From an uncultured Actinomycetes bacterium (GTDB lineage Bacteria; Actinomycetota; Thermoleophilia; Gaiellales; Gaiellaceae), in contig OY970117.1 of assembly GCA_963705875.1 (NCBI GenBank), forward strand, positions 1,316,279 to 1,380,278: a DNA stretch of 64,000 nucleotides. The letters are read 5' to 3'. Each line of letters opens with the position of its first letter. Positions within the stretch are counted from its first letter, which is position 1. The position numbers were made by a program, and so were the translations under genes. The notes beneath the pieces are model-generated. The model worked only from the letters and a program-made list of their open reading frames with translations, did no database searches and was not told the origin of the DNA. Below are positions 54,747 through 63,001 of this stretch, piece by piece.

Positions 54747-55107
54747 TCAGGGCACCTTGAAGGTGCGGCTCATCTGCGACTCGTGCGACGAGCAGTAGTA
54801 GCGGTACGTCTTCCCGCGCTTGATCCTGACGGTCCACGTCACCTGGCCCTCGAACTCGACGGTGGTCTTGCGAACCGTCGTCCCGGCGCGGGAGAGGATG
54901 AAGTTGTGGATGTCCGGAGGTATCCGTGATGACGAACTTGTGGATGCCCTTCTTGATGCTCGTGACGATCTTCCCGTTCGAGCTCTTCAGGGTGATCGTC
55001 CGGCTCGGGCCGACCTTGCCGTAGTAGGTCGCGCCCTCGGCGCCGCCACCGCCGGAGAGGGCAAGGGCGGTGACGGCAGTGAGGGATATGACAAGCGCCC
55101 GGGGCAT
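54747..55107 (-). CDS. small secreted cupredoxin-like protein; 1-nt frame break near 54915
   Basis: MPRALVISLTAVTALALSGGGGAEG (signal) ...KGIHKFVITDTSG then IHNFILSRAGTTVRKTTVEFEGQVTWTVRIKRGKTYRYYCSSHESQMSRTFKVP. The possible Cu-ligand pattern is H...C-x2-H-x3-M. Confidence 0.6.
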
Positions 55108-55179
55108 TTCAGGGAGGGTGGCCGTGCCCGTATCTACGCGGCGCGCGCACGGGTGGATTGCTCGCGCGATACTGCCGGG

Positions 55180-55416
55180 ATGGACTGGGACGAAACCGAC
55201 GGCGCCCTCGAGCGAACGTTCAGCTTTCCGGACTTCCTCGCGGGGATCGCGTTCGTGAACCGACTGGCCGCAGCGGCCCAGGACGCGAACCACCACCCGG
55301 ACATCGCGATCTCCTACAAGGACGTCACGGTGCGCTGGCGGACGCACTCCGAGGACGGGATCACGGATCTCGACCGGCAGATGGCCGACCGCACGGATTC
55401 GCTCTTCCAGGGGTAG
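55180..55416 (+). CDS. pterin-4-alpha-carbinolamine dehydratase (PCD/DCoH) family protein
   Basis: MDWDETDGALERTFSFPDFLAGIAFVNRLAAAAQDANHHPDIAISYKDVTVRWRTHS carries the HHPD motif. Confidence 0.85.
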   Translation: MDWDETDGALERTFSFPDFLAGIAFVNRLAAAAQDANHHPDIAISYKDVTVRWRTHSEDGITDLDRQMADRTDSLFQG

Positions 55417-55448
55417 CGACCGTCCGAAAGCGGTACGACGATGCGTGC

Positions 55449-56372
55449 ATGCGCCGCCGCACGCTGTTCGTCTTCGCGCTCGCCCTCGTCTGGGCGCCGT
55501 CCGCCTTCGGCGGGACGCTCTCCGGCGCGCCCAAGTGCCCCGTCTTCCCGGCCTCGAACGTGTGGAACAAGCGCGTCGACTCCCTGCCGGTGGCGGCGAA
55601 CTCGGACGCGATCGTCCGCGCGATCGGCGTCGGCGACTACATGCACGCCGACTTCGGCTCGGGTAAGTGGGACGGCGGCCCGATCGGGATCCCGATCACG
55701 GTCGTCCGCGGATCGCTGAAACGCTCGCACGTGCGCTTCGCGTACGCGGACGAGTCGGACCGCGGCCCGTATCCGATCCCGGCCGGCGTGCGAATCGAGG
55801 GCGGCCCGCAGGCCGACGGCGACCGCCACGCGCTGATCGTCGACCGCGACACCTGCCGGCTCTACGAGCTCTTCGCGCTGCGCAAGCGCGACGGCAAGTG
55901 GCGCGCCGGCTCGGGGGCGATCTGGAACCTGCGCTCGAACAAGCTCCGCCCGGCCGGCTGGACGTCCGCGGACGCCGCCGGGCTCCCGATCCTCCCCGGG
56001 CTCGCGCGCTTCAGCGAGGTGAAGAAGGGCGTCATCAAGCACGCGCTGCGCGTGACCGTCGAGAACACGCGGAAAGCCTTCATCTACCCGGCCCGCCATC
56101 ACGCGAGCGACCTCACCGGCCGCAACCTGCCGCCGATGGGCCTCCGGCTACGGCTGCGCGCCGACTTCCCGGTCGCGAGCTACCCGAAGCAGGCCCGCGT
56201 GATCCTCACGGCGCTGAAGCGCTACGGGATGATCGTCGCCGACAACGGCTCCGACTGGTTCGTCTCGGGCGCCCCCAACTCGGGCTGGGACAACGACCAG
56301 CTCCACTCGCTCCACAACGTCCACGGCTCCGACTTCGTCGTCGTGGACACGTCGAAGCTGCGGAACGGCTAA
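55449..56372 (+). CDS. secreted hypothetical protein (307 aa)
   Basis: Signal MRRRTLFVFALALVWAPSAFG. Intact, with coding-like GC3. I do not recognise the family. Confidence 0.7.
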   Translation: MRRRTLFVFALALVWAPSAFGGTLSGAPKCPVFPASNVWNKRVDSLPVAANSDAIVRAIGVGDYMHADFGSGKWDGGPIGIPITVVRGSLKRSHVRFAYADESDRGPYPIPAGVRIEGGPQADGDRHALIVDRDTCRLYELFALRKRDGKWRAGSGAIWNLRSNKLRPAGWTSADAAGLPILPGLARFSEVKKGVIKHALRVTVENTRKAFIYPARHHASDLTGRNLPPMGLRLRLRADFPVASYPKQARVILTALKRYGMIVADNGSDWFVSGAPNSGWDNDQLHSLHNVHGSDFVVVDTSKLRNG

Positions 56373-57670
56373 GCCGCCTCGACGGGCTCGTCGGCCGGCT
56401 CCTCGGCGAGGAACTCGACCTCGAGGCGCTCGATCCGCTTGCCGTCGGTCTCGAGGACGCTGAAGTGCAGGCGCTCCCACACGACCTCGTCGCCTTCCTC
56501 CGCGGCGCGGCCCAGCTGGCCGAACACGAAGCCGGCGACCGTGTGGTAGTCCTCCTGCGGCACGTCCTGGTCGAACTGCTCGTTGAAGTCGTCGATCGGG
56601 AACGTGCCGGCGATGCGGACGTGGGTGTCGTCGACCTGCTCGACCGACTCGTCCGGCAGGTCGTACTCGTCCTCGATCTCGCCGACGATCTCCTCGAGGA
56701 GATCCTCGAGGGTCACGATGCCGGCGACCGAGCCGTACTCGTCCACGACGATCGCCATGTGCTGGTTTTGCGCGCGGAACTCCGGCAGGAGCGCGCCGAG
56801 ATCCTTCGTCTCGGGCACGACGTACGCCGGGCGGACGAGATCCTCGATCATCACGTCGTCGATCCCGCCGGCGTGCAGCGCCTTGAACAGGTCGCGCACG
56901 TGGAGGATCCCGAGCACGTCGTCGAGCGACTCGCGGTAGACCGGATAGCGCGTGAAGGGCGAGTCGATCACCGCCGCCAGCGCCTCGTTCGACGGGAGAT
57001 CGACCGAGAGCGCCACGACCTGCGGCCGCGGGACCATGACCTCGTGGGCCTCCTTGTCCGCGAAGTCGAAGACCTTGTAGACCATCTCCTCCTCGGCCGT
57101 CTCGATCGCGCCCACGTCCTCGGCGGAGGCGACGAGATGGCGGATGTCCTCCTCGGTGGACGCGGTGACTCCGGCGCGCGCGGGCGGAACCTGCAGGAGC
57201 CGCGCGACCATTCCGGCCGACTTGTCGAGCAGCCACACGAGCGGATGCAGGATCCGGCCGAGGATCTCGAGCGGCCGCGCCAGGAAGAGCGCCAGCGGCT
57301 CGGCCTTCTCCAGGGCGATCGACTTGGGTACGAGCTCGCCGAGCACGACGCTCAGGTACGTGAGGATGACGAAGGAGATCGCGTACGAGAGCCAGCCCGG
57401 AACGGAATCGCCGAAGAACCCGGCGACGAGCGGCGCGCCGACGGCACCGATGAGGATCCCGAAGATCGTGATCCCGACCTGGACGGTGCTGATGAAGCGG
57501 ACCGGCTCGTCCATGAGGCGCAGCGCCGTGACCGCGCGCTTCGAGCCGCCCTTGACCGCGTCTTCCAGGCGCGCTCGCCGCGCCGTGACGAGCGCGTACT
57601 CGGCCGCCACGAACACGGCATTGCCCGCGACCAGGGCGAGCACCACGAGGATGCGAAGGGAGTCGCTCAC
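56369..57670 (-). CDS. CNNM/HlyC-CorC family transporter (DUF21 - CBS pair - CorC_HlyC)
   Basis: Intact 433 aa. The N-terminal region is a 4-TM DUF21, followed by a CBS pair ([10 protein letters not shown]...[18 protein letters not shown]) and a C-terminal transporter-associated domain. Confidence 0.88.
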   Translation of the reverse strand: MSDSLRILVVLALVAGNAVFVAAEYALVTARRARLEDAVKGGSKRAVTALRLMDEPVRFISTVQVGITIFGILIGAVGAPLVAGFFGDSVPGWLSYAISFVILTYLSVVLGELVPKSIALEKAEPLALFLARPLEILGRILHPLVWLLDKSAGMVARLLQVPPARAGVTASTEEDIRHLVASAEDVGAIETAEEEMVYKVFDFADKEAHEVMVPRPQVVALSVDLPSNEALAAVIDSPFTRYPVYRESLDDVLGILHVRDLFKALHAGGIDDVMIEDLVRPAYVVPETKDLGALLPEFRAQNQHMAIVVDEYGSVAGIVTLEDLLEEIVGEIEDEYDLPDESVEQVDDTHVRIAGTFPIDDFNEQFDQDVPQEDYHTVAGFVFGQLGRAAEEGDEVVWERLHFSVLETDGKRIERLEVEFLAEEPADEPVEAA

Positions 57671-57824
57671 GCCGCGTTCACCGCGGCGTTGGTACTAGGC
57701 GGTAGCTCGTCCAAAGAGGCCTCAGAGGATAACGATTGCGCCGGTTCTCGCTTCCCCAAAAAAAGGAGTCCTAAAGTTTCTGCGCAATCCTCCCGACTAT
57801 CATCCTTGACCTGGGGAGCCAACA

Positions 57825-58445
57825 CTGCCGCAAGAAATCACCTGCCTCATAGCCGACGACCACGAAGTGGTCCGCGAAGGACTCCGTCTTTCGCTCTCTC
57901 GCGCACCGCATATCCGCGTTGTGGGAGAGGCATCTGACGGAGCCGGAGCGGTCGCTCTCGCGGAACGCCGACGCCCGAACGTCGTGATCATGGACGTGCG
58001 GATGCCCGGCATGGACGGCCTCGAGGCAACCAAGCTTCTGACGGAGAAGGTTCCGACGACGTCGGTGCTCATCTTCACGGCCTACGGCGAGCGGAGTCTG
58101 CTCGGCCGCGGGCTCGAGTCCGGCGCGAAGGGCTACATCCTGAAAGAGGCCCCGCATCAGACGCTCCTCCGCGCGATCGAGAAAGTCGCCAACGGCGAGG
58201 GGTACGTCGACCCCGCCCTGATGCCCGACTTCCTCACGCGGGACAAGGAGGAGATGCTGACCCAGCGCGAGCGGGAGATCCTCCAGTTGCTCGCGGACGG
58301 GATGTCGAATGCGGAGGTCGCCGCCCGGCTGTTCATCAGCCAGGAGACCGTCAAGAGCCACGTCCGCCACATCCTGGCCAAGCTCGAGGCTGACACGCGG
58401 ACTCATGCCGTTGCGATCGCGCTTCGCGAAGCGATCATCGACTAG
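57825..58445 (+). CDS. NarL/LuxR-family response regulator (start codon uncertain)
   Basis: The receiver begins ...EITCLIADDHEVVREGL. The only canonical start (GTG 57867) would delete beta-1 and the acidic pair. An in-frame CTG at 57825 lies 6 nt after GGGGAG. The C-terminal HTH is LTQREREILQLLADGMSNAEVAARLFISQETVKSHV. Confidence 0.8.
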   Translation: MPQEITCLIADDHEVVREGLRLSLSRAPHIRVVGEASDGAGAVALAERRRPNVVIMDVRMPGMDGLEATKLLTEKVPTTSVLIFTAYGERSLLGRGLESGAKGYILKEAPHQTLLRAIEKVANGEGYVDPALMPDFLTRDKEEMLTQREREILQLLADGMSNAEVAARLFISQETVKSHVRHILAKLEADTRTHAVAIALREAIID

Positions 58446-59616
58446 CGCCTCGGCGCTTCCGGTAGTCCTCCTCGCAGGGACCGTCGTCGCTGCCATCGTC
58501 GGCGCGATCGGGCTCGCGATTTCGAGCGCCTCCGTCGCCGCCGCGGGCCTCATCGCCGCGACCACCCTTGCCGGCGCCTTCGCCGTCTACCTGATCGTCT
58601 CGGAGCGGCGCCGCCACGAGTCCGCCGAGGACGAGCTGTCGGGCCAGGCCCGGTTCCTCGAGTCGCTCGTCGGCTCGATGGCCGTCGTCGCCGACCCGAC
58701 CCAGCCGGGCGAGATCCTCGACCGCACCTGCGCCGAGGCGCGCAAGCTCTTCGGCGCCCGCAGCGCCGAGATCGTCCCCGCAGACGAAGGCGAGGTCGAG
58801 GCGCACGAGATTTCCGGCGGGATCCGGGTCCCGGTCGGCTCGAGCGGCCAGATGCTCGAGCTCCGTCGCGCCGACGCGTTTCCCCGTGCCGACCTGATGC
58901 GCGCGACCATGCTCGCGGAGTTCGCCTCGCGCGCGGTCGAGAACGACCGCCTGATCGGCGAGGCGCGCGACCGCGAGGAGGAGCGCACGCGCCTCACGGA
59001 GAGCCTCATCACTGCCGAGCAGGACGAGCGCCGGCGGCTGTCGATCTTCCTCCACGACGGCCCGCTCCAGTCGATGTCCGGGATCGCGCTCATGCACGAC
59101 GCCGCCCTGGCCGCGCTCGAGGAAGGGCGGATCGAGGACGCGACCAAGGTGATCCGCAGCTCGCTCGAGCGCGAGCGCGACACGATCCGCACGCTCCGCG
59201 ACCTCTCGTTCGCGATCGAGCCGCTCGTGCTCCGCGACCGCGGCTTCGCGGCGGCGGTCGACGCGCTGGTGGAGCAGGTCGAGGGCGCGCACGACATTCG
59301 CGTCGATGCCGACGTCGACGCCGGCGAGGGTCTCGCCGAGAAGGCGCAGGTCGCGCTCTACCAGCTCATCCGCGAGGCCGTGAACCAGTCCGTGCACCGA
59401 AACTCGAAGCGGATCGCGATCACCGTCGCCGCGAACGGCGAGGGCTTCACGACCGAGATCGTCGACGACGGAACCGCCGAGCGCCGCCGCGGCGGCATCG
59501 ACGAGCTCGACGAACGCGTCCGTGTTCTCAGCGGCCGCGTCTCGGTGGACACGACCGACACGGGCACGACCGTCCGGGTCGTGTTGCCGCCCTACGTGGG
59601 CGCCGCAGCCGAGTAG
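58405..59616 (+). CDS. NarX/DesK-type sensor histidine kinase (HisKA_3 + HATPase_c)
   Basis: Two N-terminal TM segments. The H-box is EQDERRRLSIFLHDGPLQ. The ATPase region is at the C-terminus. The ATG at 58405 overlaps the regulator gene by 41 nt (alternative TTG 58411). Confidence 0.82.
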   Translation: MPLRSRFAKRSSTSASALPVVLLAGTVVAAIVGAIGLAISSASVAAAGLIAATTLAGAFAVYLIVSERRRHESAEDELSGQARFLESLVGSMAVVADPTQPGEILDRTCAEARKLFGARSAEIVPADEGEVEAHEISGGIRVPVGSSGQMLELRRADAFPRADLMRATMLAEFASRAVENDRLIGEARDREEERTRLTESLITAEQDERRRLSIFLHDGPLQSMSGIALMHDAALAALEEGRIEDATKVIRSSLERERDTIRTLRDLSFAIEPLVLRDRGFAAAVDALVEQVEGAHDIRVDADVDAGEGLAEKAQVALYQLIREAVNQSVHRNSKRIAITVAANGEGFTTEIVDDGTAERRRGGIDELDERVRVLSGRVSVDTTDTGTTVRVVLPPYVGAAAE

Positions 59617-59628
59617 AATCCGCCCTCG

Positions 59629-59826
59629 ATGGCGGACGACAAGAAAGCCGGGCACCTCCTCTTCGTCTCGAAGCCGTCCGGCTACGAGCTGGTCGAGCGC
59701 GAGGGCGAAGCACCGACCCCGGGCACCGAGGTCGAGGCGGGCGATCTCCGCTTCACGGTCGCGAAGATCGGCACGTCACCGCTGCCCGGCGACGCGCGGC
59801 CCTGCGCGTACTTGCAGGCCGTCTAG
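59629..59826 (+). CDS. hypothetical 65-aa protein
   Basis: Intact ORF 13 nt after the kinase stop with very high GC3. MADDKKAGHLLFVSKPSGYELVEREGEAPTPGTEVEAGDLRFTVAKIGTSPLPGDARPCAYLQAV. No family recognised. Confidence 0.5.
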   Translation: MADDKKAGHLLFVSKPSGYELVEREGEAPTPGTEVEAGDLRFTVAKIGTSPLPGDARPCAYLQAV

Positions 59827-60866
59827 GCCGCGCTCTCGGCTGCGACCAGGCCGAGGACCAAGGCTGACGCGAGGGTGCTCGTCCAGCCGCCCGTCGAGAT
59901 TCCGCCCGCGTCGGCGCCTGCGGCCCACACGTTGTCCGCCGCCCGGGCGTTCGTGTCGATCGTGAGGCCGCCCAGCGTCGTCGTGATGCCGGCGACGACC
60001 TCGACGACGGTCTCGCCGTCGCGCCGCTCGACCGGGGCGCCCGCCGGTCTCGCGCGCGCCTCGATCATCTCCGCCACGGTCTGGGTGCGGACGTGCTCGC
60101 CGAGCGCCGCGTCCGGAACCGCGAGCCAGGCCCGGCCGCCCGGTTGCCGCGCGATCCACTGCGCGACGTCGACCTCCGACCACGTCTGCGGCTCGTAGAC
60201 CTCCCCGCGCTCGTTCGTCACGGTCGCGTAGCGCGCGTACGACTGGCCGAGCGACCGGAACTCCCCCGGTCCCACGCGCGCCGGAGGAGCCGGCATCGCG
60301 CGACCCCAGAACTCGTCCATGCCGTCGGTCAGCGACGCGCCCGCCGCGAGCCCCAGCCGCAGCCCGTCGCCGGTGCTCCACGGGTTCGCCCGCAAGAGCA
60401 CCGGCTCGGGCGTCACGTGCTCGCGAACCAGCTCGGGGCTCCCCTGGAAGCCGCCCGTCGCGAGGATCACCGGAGCGTCGGGAAGCTCGGCCAGCGGCGA
60501 CCCGTAGCGAACGTCGGCCCGCGCGGCGAGCGTCTCCGTCAGACCGCGCGTGTCGAAGCAGATGCCCGTCGTGAGCGGATTCTCCGTGTCGCGCGTCACG
60601 ACCGGCGCGCCGAGCGAGACGAGCCATTCGAGCGCATCGTCGAGCCGTTCCCACACGAGCCGCTGAAGCGCCGGATCGCCGCCCGGACACTCCTCGCGCA
60701 GCTGTTCGAACTCGCGATAGCGCCAGATGAAGCCGCCCGAGAGGAGCATCGACCCGCCGGGCTCGGTGCCTTTCTCGTGGACGACGACTTCGGCGCCCAG
60801 CTCCTGCGCGCGCACCGCCGCCGCGAGGCCGGCCATCCCGGCGCCCGCGACAACCAGATCGGTCAT
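59823..60866 (-). CDS. FAD-dependent oxidoreductase (FAD_binding_2 / flavoprotein of fumarate-reductase type)
   Basis: Intact 347 aa. MTDLVVAGAGMAGLAAAVRAQELGAEVVVHEKGTEPGGS is a GxGxxG dinucleotide fold. The C-terminal part has GLWAAG-like VWAAGADAGG. Confidence 0.85.
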   Translation of the reverse strand: MTDLVVAGAGMAGLAAAVRAQELGAEVVVHEKGTEPGGSMLLSGGFIWRYREFEQLREECPGGDPALQRLVWERLDDALEWLVSLGAPVVTRDTENPLTTGICFDTRGLTETLAARADVRYGSPLAELPDAPVILATGGFQGSPELVREHVTPEPVLLRANPWSTGDGLRLGLAAGASLTDGMDEFWGRAMPAPPARVGPGEFRSLGQSYARYATVTNERGEVYEPQTWSEVDVAQWIARQPGGRAWLAVPDAALGEHVRTQTVAEMIEARARPAGAPVERRDGETVVEVVAGITTTLGGLTIDTNARAADNVWAAGADAGGISTGGWTSTLASALVLGLVAAESAA

Positions 60867-60879
60867 GCCCCCAGGCTGT

Positions 60880-61000
60880 CACAAACCCGAGCTTGTGTTG
60901 CGTCACTCGGATCACCCAACCCGCATGAATACGCAATCAGCGTGTCGGTCTTGGACGGGTATTGATGCAACACAAGCGTGTGCTTGTGCGCATCGAATCG
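60880..61000 (+). repeat. extragenic palindromic repeat family 2, copy B (121 nt)
   Basis: CACAAACCCGAGCTTGTGTTGCGTCACTCG ... GTCGGTCTTGG ... GATGCAACACAAGCGTGTGCTTGTG ... CGAATCG. The orientation and position relative to flanking minus-strand genes are the same as for copy A. Confidence 0.8.
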
Positions 61001-61024
61001 GGCGCGCGGCCGGCCGACGCGGCG

Positions 61025-61708
61025 CTAGACCAGCGAGAAGGTCGCCTTGTGCTCCACGTACTCGATCTTGACGCCCTCGGGGCCCCAGACGAAGACGGCC
61101 TTCGTGTTCTCGGCGTCCACGACGTCGGCGATCTGGAGATCCAGGTGCCGCGCCTCGTTCAGGAGATCGTCGGCGGACGGGACGAGCACCGCGAGGTGGT
61201 TCAGGAGCGGCTTGCCCGAGTCCGTCGGGTCGCCCTCGTGGAACTCGACGTACGCGCCCGCAGCCTCGACCCGCGGGGCGCCGTCCGGGCCGGGCGACGC
61301 CTCCGCGAAGCCGAGGTCGAGATACTCCTGCGCTGCGCCGGCGGGATCGCGGGAGTAAAGAGCGACATGGTCGAGGTCGTACTCGACCTCGGTGGCGGCC
61401 TCGACGAGCCGTACTACCAGCCCTTCGTGGAGCGGGGACTCCTGGGCGCCGAGCTGTTCGCTCGCGGCGGCCAGGTCGTTCACCCGCAGCCCGATGTGCT
61501 TCAGAGCGCCGCGGTCGCGCGGGCCCTCGGCGGCGAAGAGCGTCAGCTTCCCGCGCCTCGCATCGGAGCCGATCAGCGTGAACTTGTCCGTCCGGTCGAT
61601 CACGTGCATGCCGAGACCGCGGACGGCCTCGTCGGTGATGGCGTCGCGGTCGGCGACCCAGAGCGCGATGTGATCCAGGGATTCGATACGCATAGGAATC
61701 TCTTCCAA
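61025..61708 (-). CDS. two-domain VOC (glyoxalase/bleomycin-resistance/dioxygenase) family protein
   Basis: Intact. LDHIALWV...HIGLRV and LDHVALYS...LNHLAVLV are paired beta-alpha-beta-beta-beta modules. An alternative start lies at 61693. Confidence 0.8.
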   Translation of the reverse strand: MEEIPMRIESLDHIALWVADRDAITDEAVRGLGMHVIDRTDKFTLIGSDARRGKLTLFAAEGPRDRGALKHIGLRVNDLAAASEQLGAQESPLHEGLVVRLVEAATEVEYDLDHVALYSRDPAGAAQEYLDLGFAEASPGPDGAPRVEAAGAYVEFHEGDPTDSGKPLLNHLAVLVPSADDLLNEARHLDLQIADVVDAENTKAVFVWGPEGVKIEYVEHKATFSLV

Positions 61709-61732
61709 CGACTGCCCGCTCTGGATTCATCC

Positions 61733-62986
61733 CTAACGTCGGCCGCCGGCGATCCCGACGGCTTCGGGCGCTCTGCGCAGACGAAGCATCGCGACCACGC
61801 CGAGCGCCGGGCCCGGAGCGAGGAACGCGAACGCCCACTCCCAGCCGACCTCGTCCACGAGGTACGGGATCAGCCAGATCGTCGCGATGGTCAGCGTGAA
61901 CCCGACGGCGAGCTGGAGCGCGACGGCGGTGGCGACGTACGTCTGGTCGCCGAGCTCGGTGACGATGGACGAGAACTGGGCGGAGTCCGCGACGACGGTG
62001 AAGCCCCACACGAGCCCGACGGCGAAGAGCGCCCAGAGCGGCCCGTCGAAGAGGAGCCCGATCGTCAATGCGCACGTGCCGGACACGGCCATCATGGCCG
62101 CCGTCGTGCGGGTGCGGCCCCAGCGGTCGCCGAGGAGGCCGCCGACCCAGCAGCCGATCGCGCCGATCCCGATCACGGCGAAGGTCGCGTAGGCCGCCTT
62201 CGCGCCGACCTCCTTCCCCTGTCCCTCGATCGCGTCCGTGGCGAAGACGAGGAACCACGTCCACATCGCGTAGAGCTCCCACATGTGCCCGAAGTAGCCG
62301 AGGCTCGCCAGCCGGACGCCGCGGTTGCGAAAGACGAGCCCGGCCTGGCGGGGAGCGAACACCGCACGCGGGAACGGGTACGGCCCCTCCGGGACGGCGA
62401 AGAAGGCGAGGAGACCGCCGGCGATCGTCAGCACCGAGGTCGCGTAGACGACCGTCTGCCAGTCGAGCCCGCCGAGCCCGTTCACGAGGTGCGGCAGCGC
62501 CGACCCGAGCGTGAGCGCGCCCACGATCACGCCGAGCGCCGTCCCGCGTCCCTGGCGGAACCACGTCGCCATCAGCTTCAGCGCGGGCGGATAGACGCCC
62601 GCGAGGAAGAACCCCGTCGCGAAGCGGAGCGGCAGCGCTCCTTCAGGCCCGTCGGTGAGGACGAGCGCCGCATTTGCGCAGGCGGCCCCGACCGAGCCGG
62701 CGAGGAACACGATCCGCGGCGAGATGACGTCCGCCAGGTTCAGGACGCTCGACGTCACCGCGCCCGCGACGAAGCCGAGCTGCACGGCGATCGTGAGCCA
62801 CGCCGCCGCGGTCGAGCCGAGATCCCATTCGGCGCGCAGCTGCGGGACGACCGCCGACGCCGAGAACCACGTCGTCATCCCGAGAATGACTGCGCCGGAA
62901 AGCAGCGCGAGTGCCCGCCAGCGGCCTGGTGCCATGGAGCGGAAGATTACGACCGGGTGGGCGGTCTCCGGGGAGAGACCGCCCAC
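61733..62986 (-). CDS. MFS transporter
   Basis: Intact, with 12 hydrophobic segments and GDRWGRTRT between TM8 and TM9. An alternative start lies at 62935 (MAPGRWRAL). Confidence 0.85.
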   Translation of the reverse strand: MGGLSPETAHPVVIFRSMAPGRWRALALLSGAVILGMTTWFSASAVVPQLRAEWDLGSTAAAWLTIAVQLGFVAGAVTSSVLNLADVISPRIVFLAGSVGAACANAALVLTDGPEGALPLRFATGFFLAGVYPPALKLMATWFRQGRGTALGVIVGALTLGSALPHLVNGLGGLDWQTVVYATSVLTIAGGLLAFFAVPEGPYPFPRAVFAPRQAGLVFRNRGVRLASLGYFGHMWELYAMWTWFLVFATDAIEGQGKEVGAKAAYATFAVIGIGAIGCWVGGLLGDRWGRTRTTAAMMAVSGTCALTIGLLFDGPLWALFAVGLVWGFTVVADSAQFSSIVTELGDQTYVATAVALQLAVGFTLTIATIWLIPYLVDEVGWEWAFAFLAPGPALGVVAMLRLRRAPEAVGIAGGRR

Positions 62987-63001
62987 CAGTCGCCTTGGGG
63001 C

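Noticed and set aside
9144-61000. CRISPR array formed by the two repeat families.
   Set aside because: Each family has only two copies, kilobases apart. Family 1 is in inverted orientation. There is no regular repeat-spacer periodicity and there are no cas genes.
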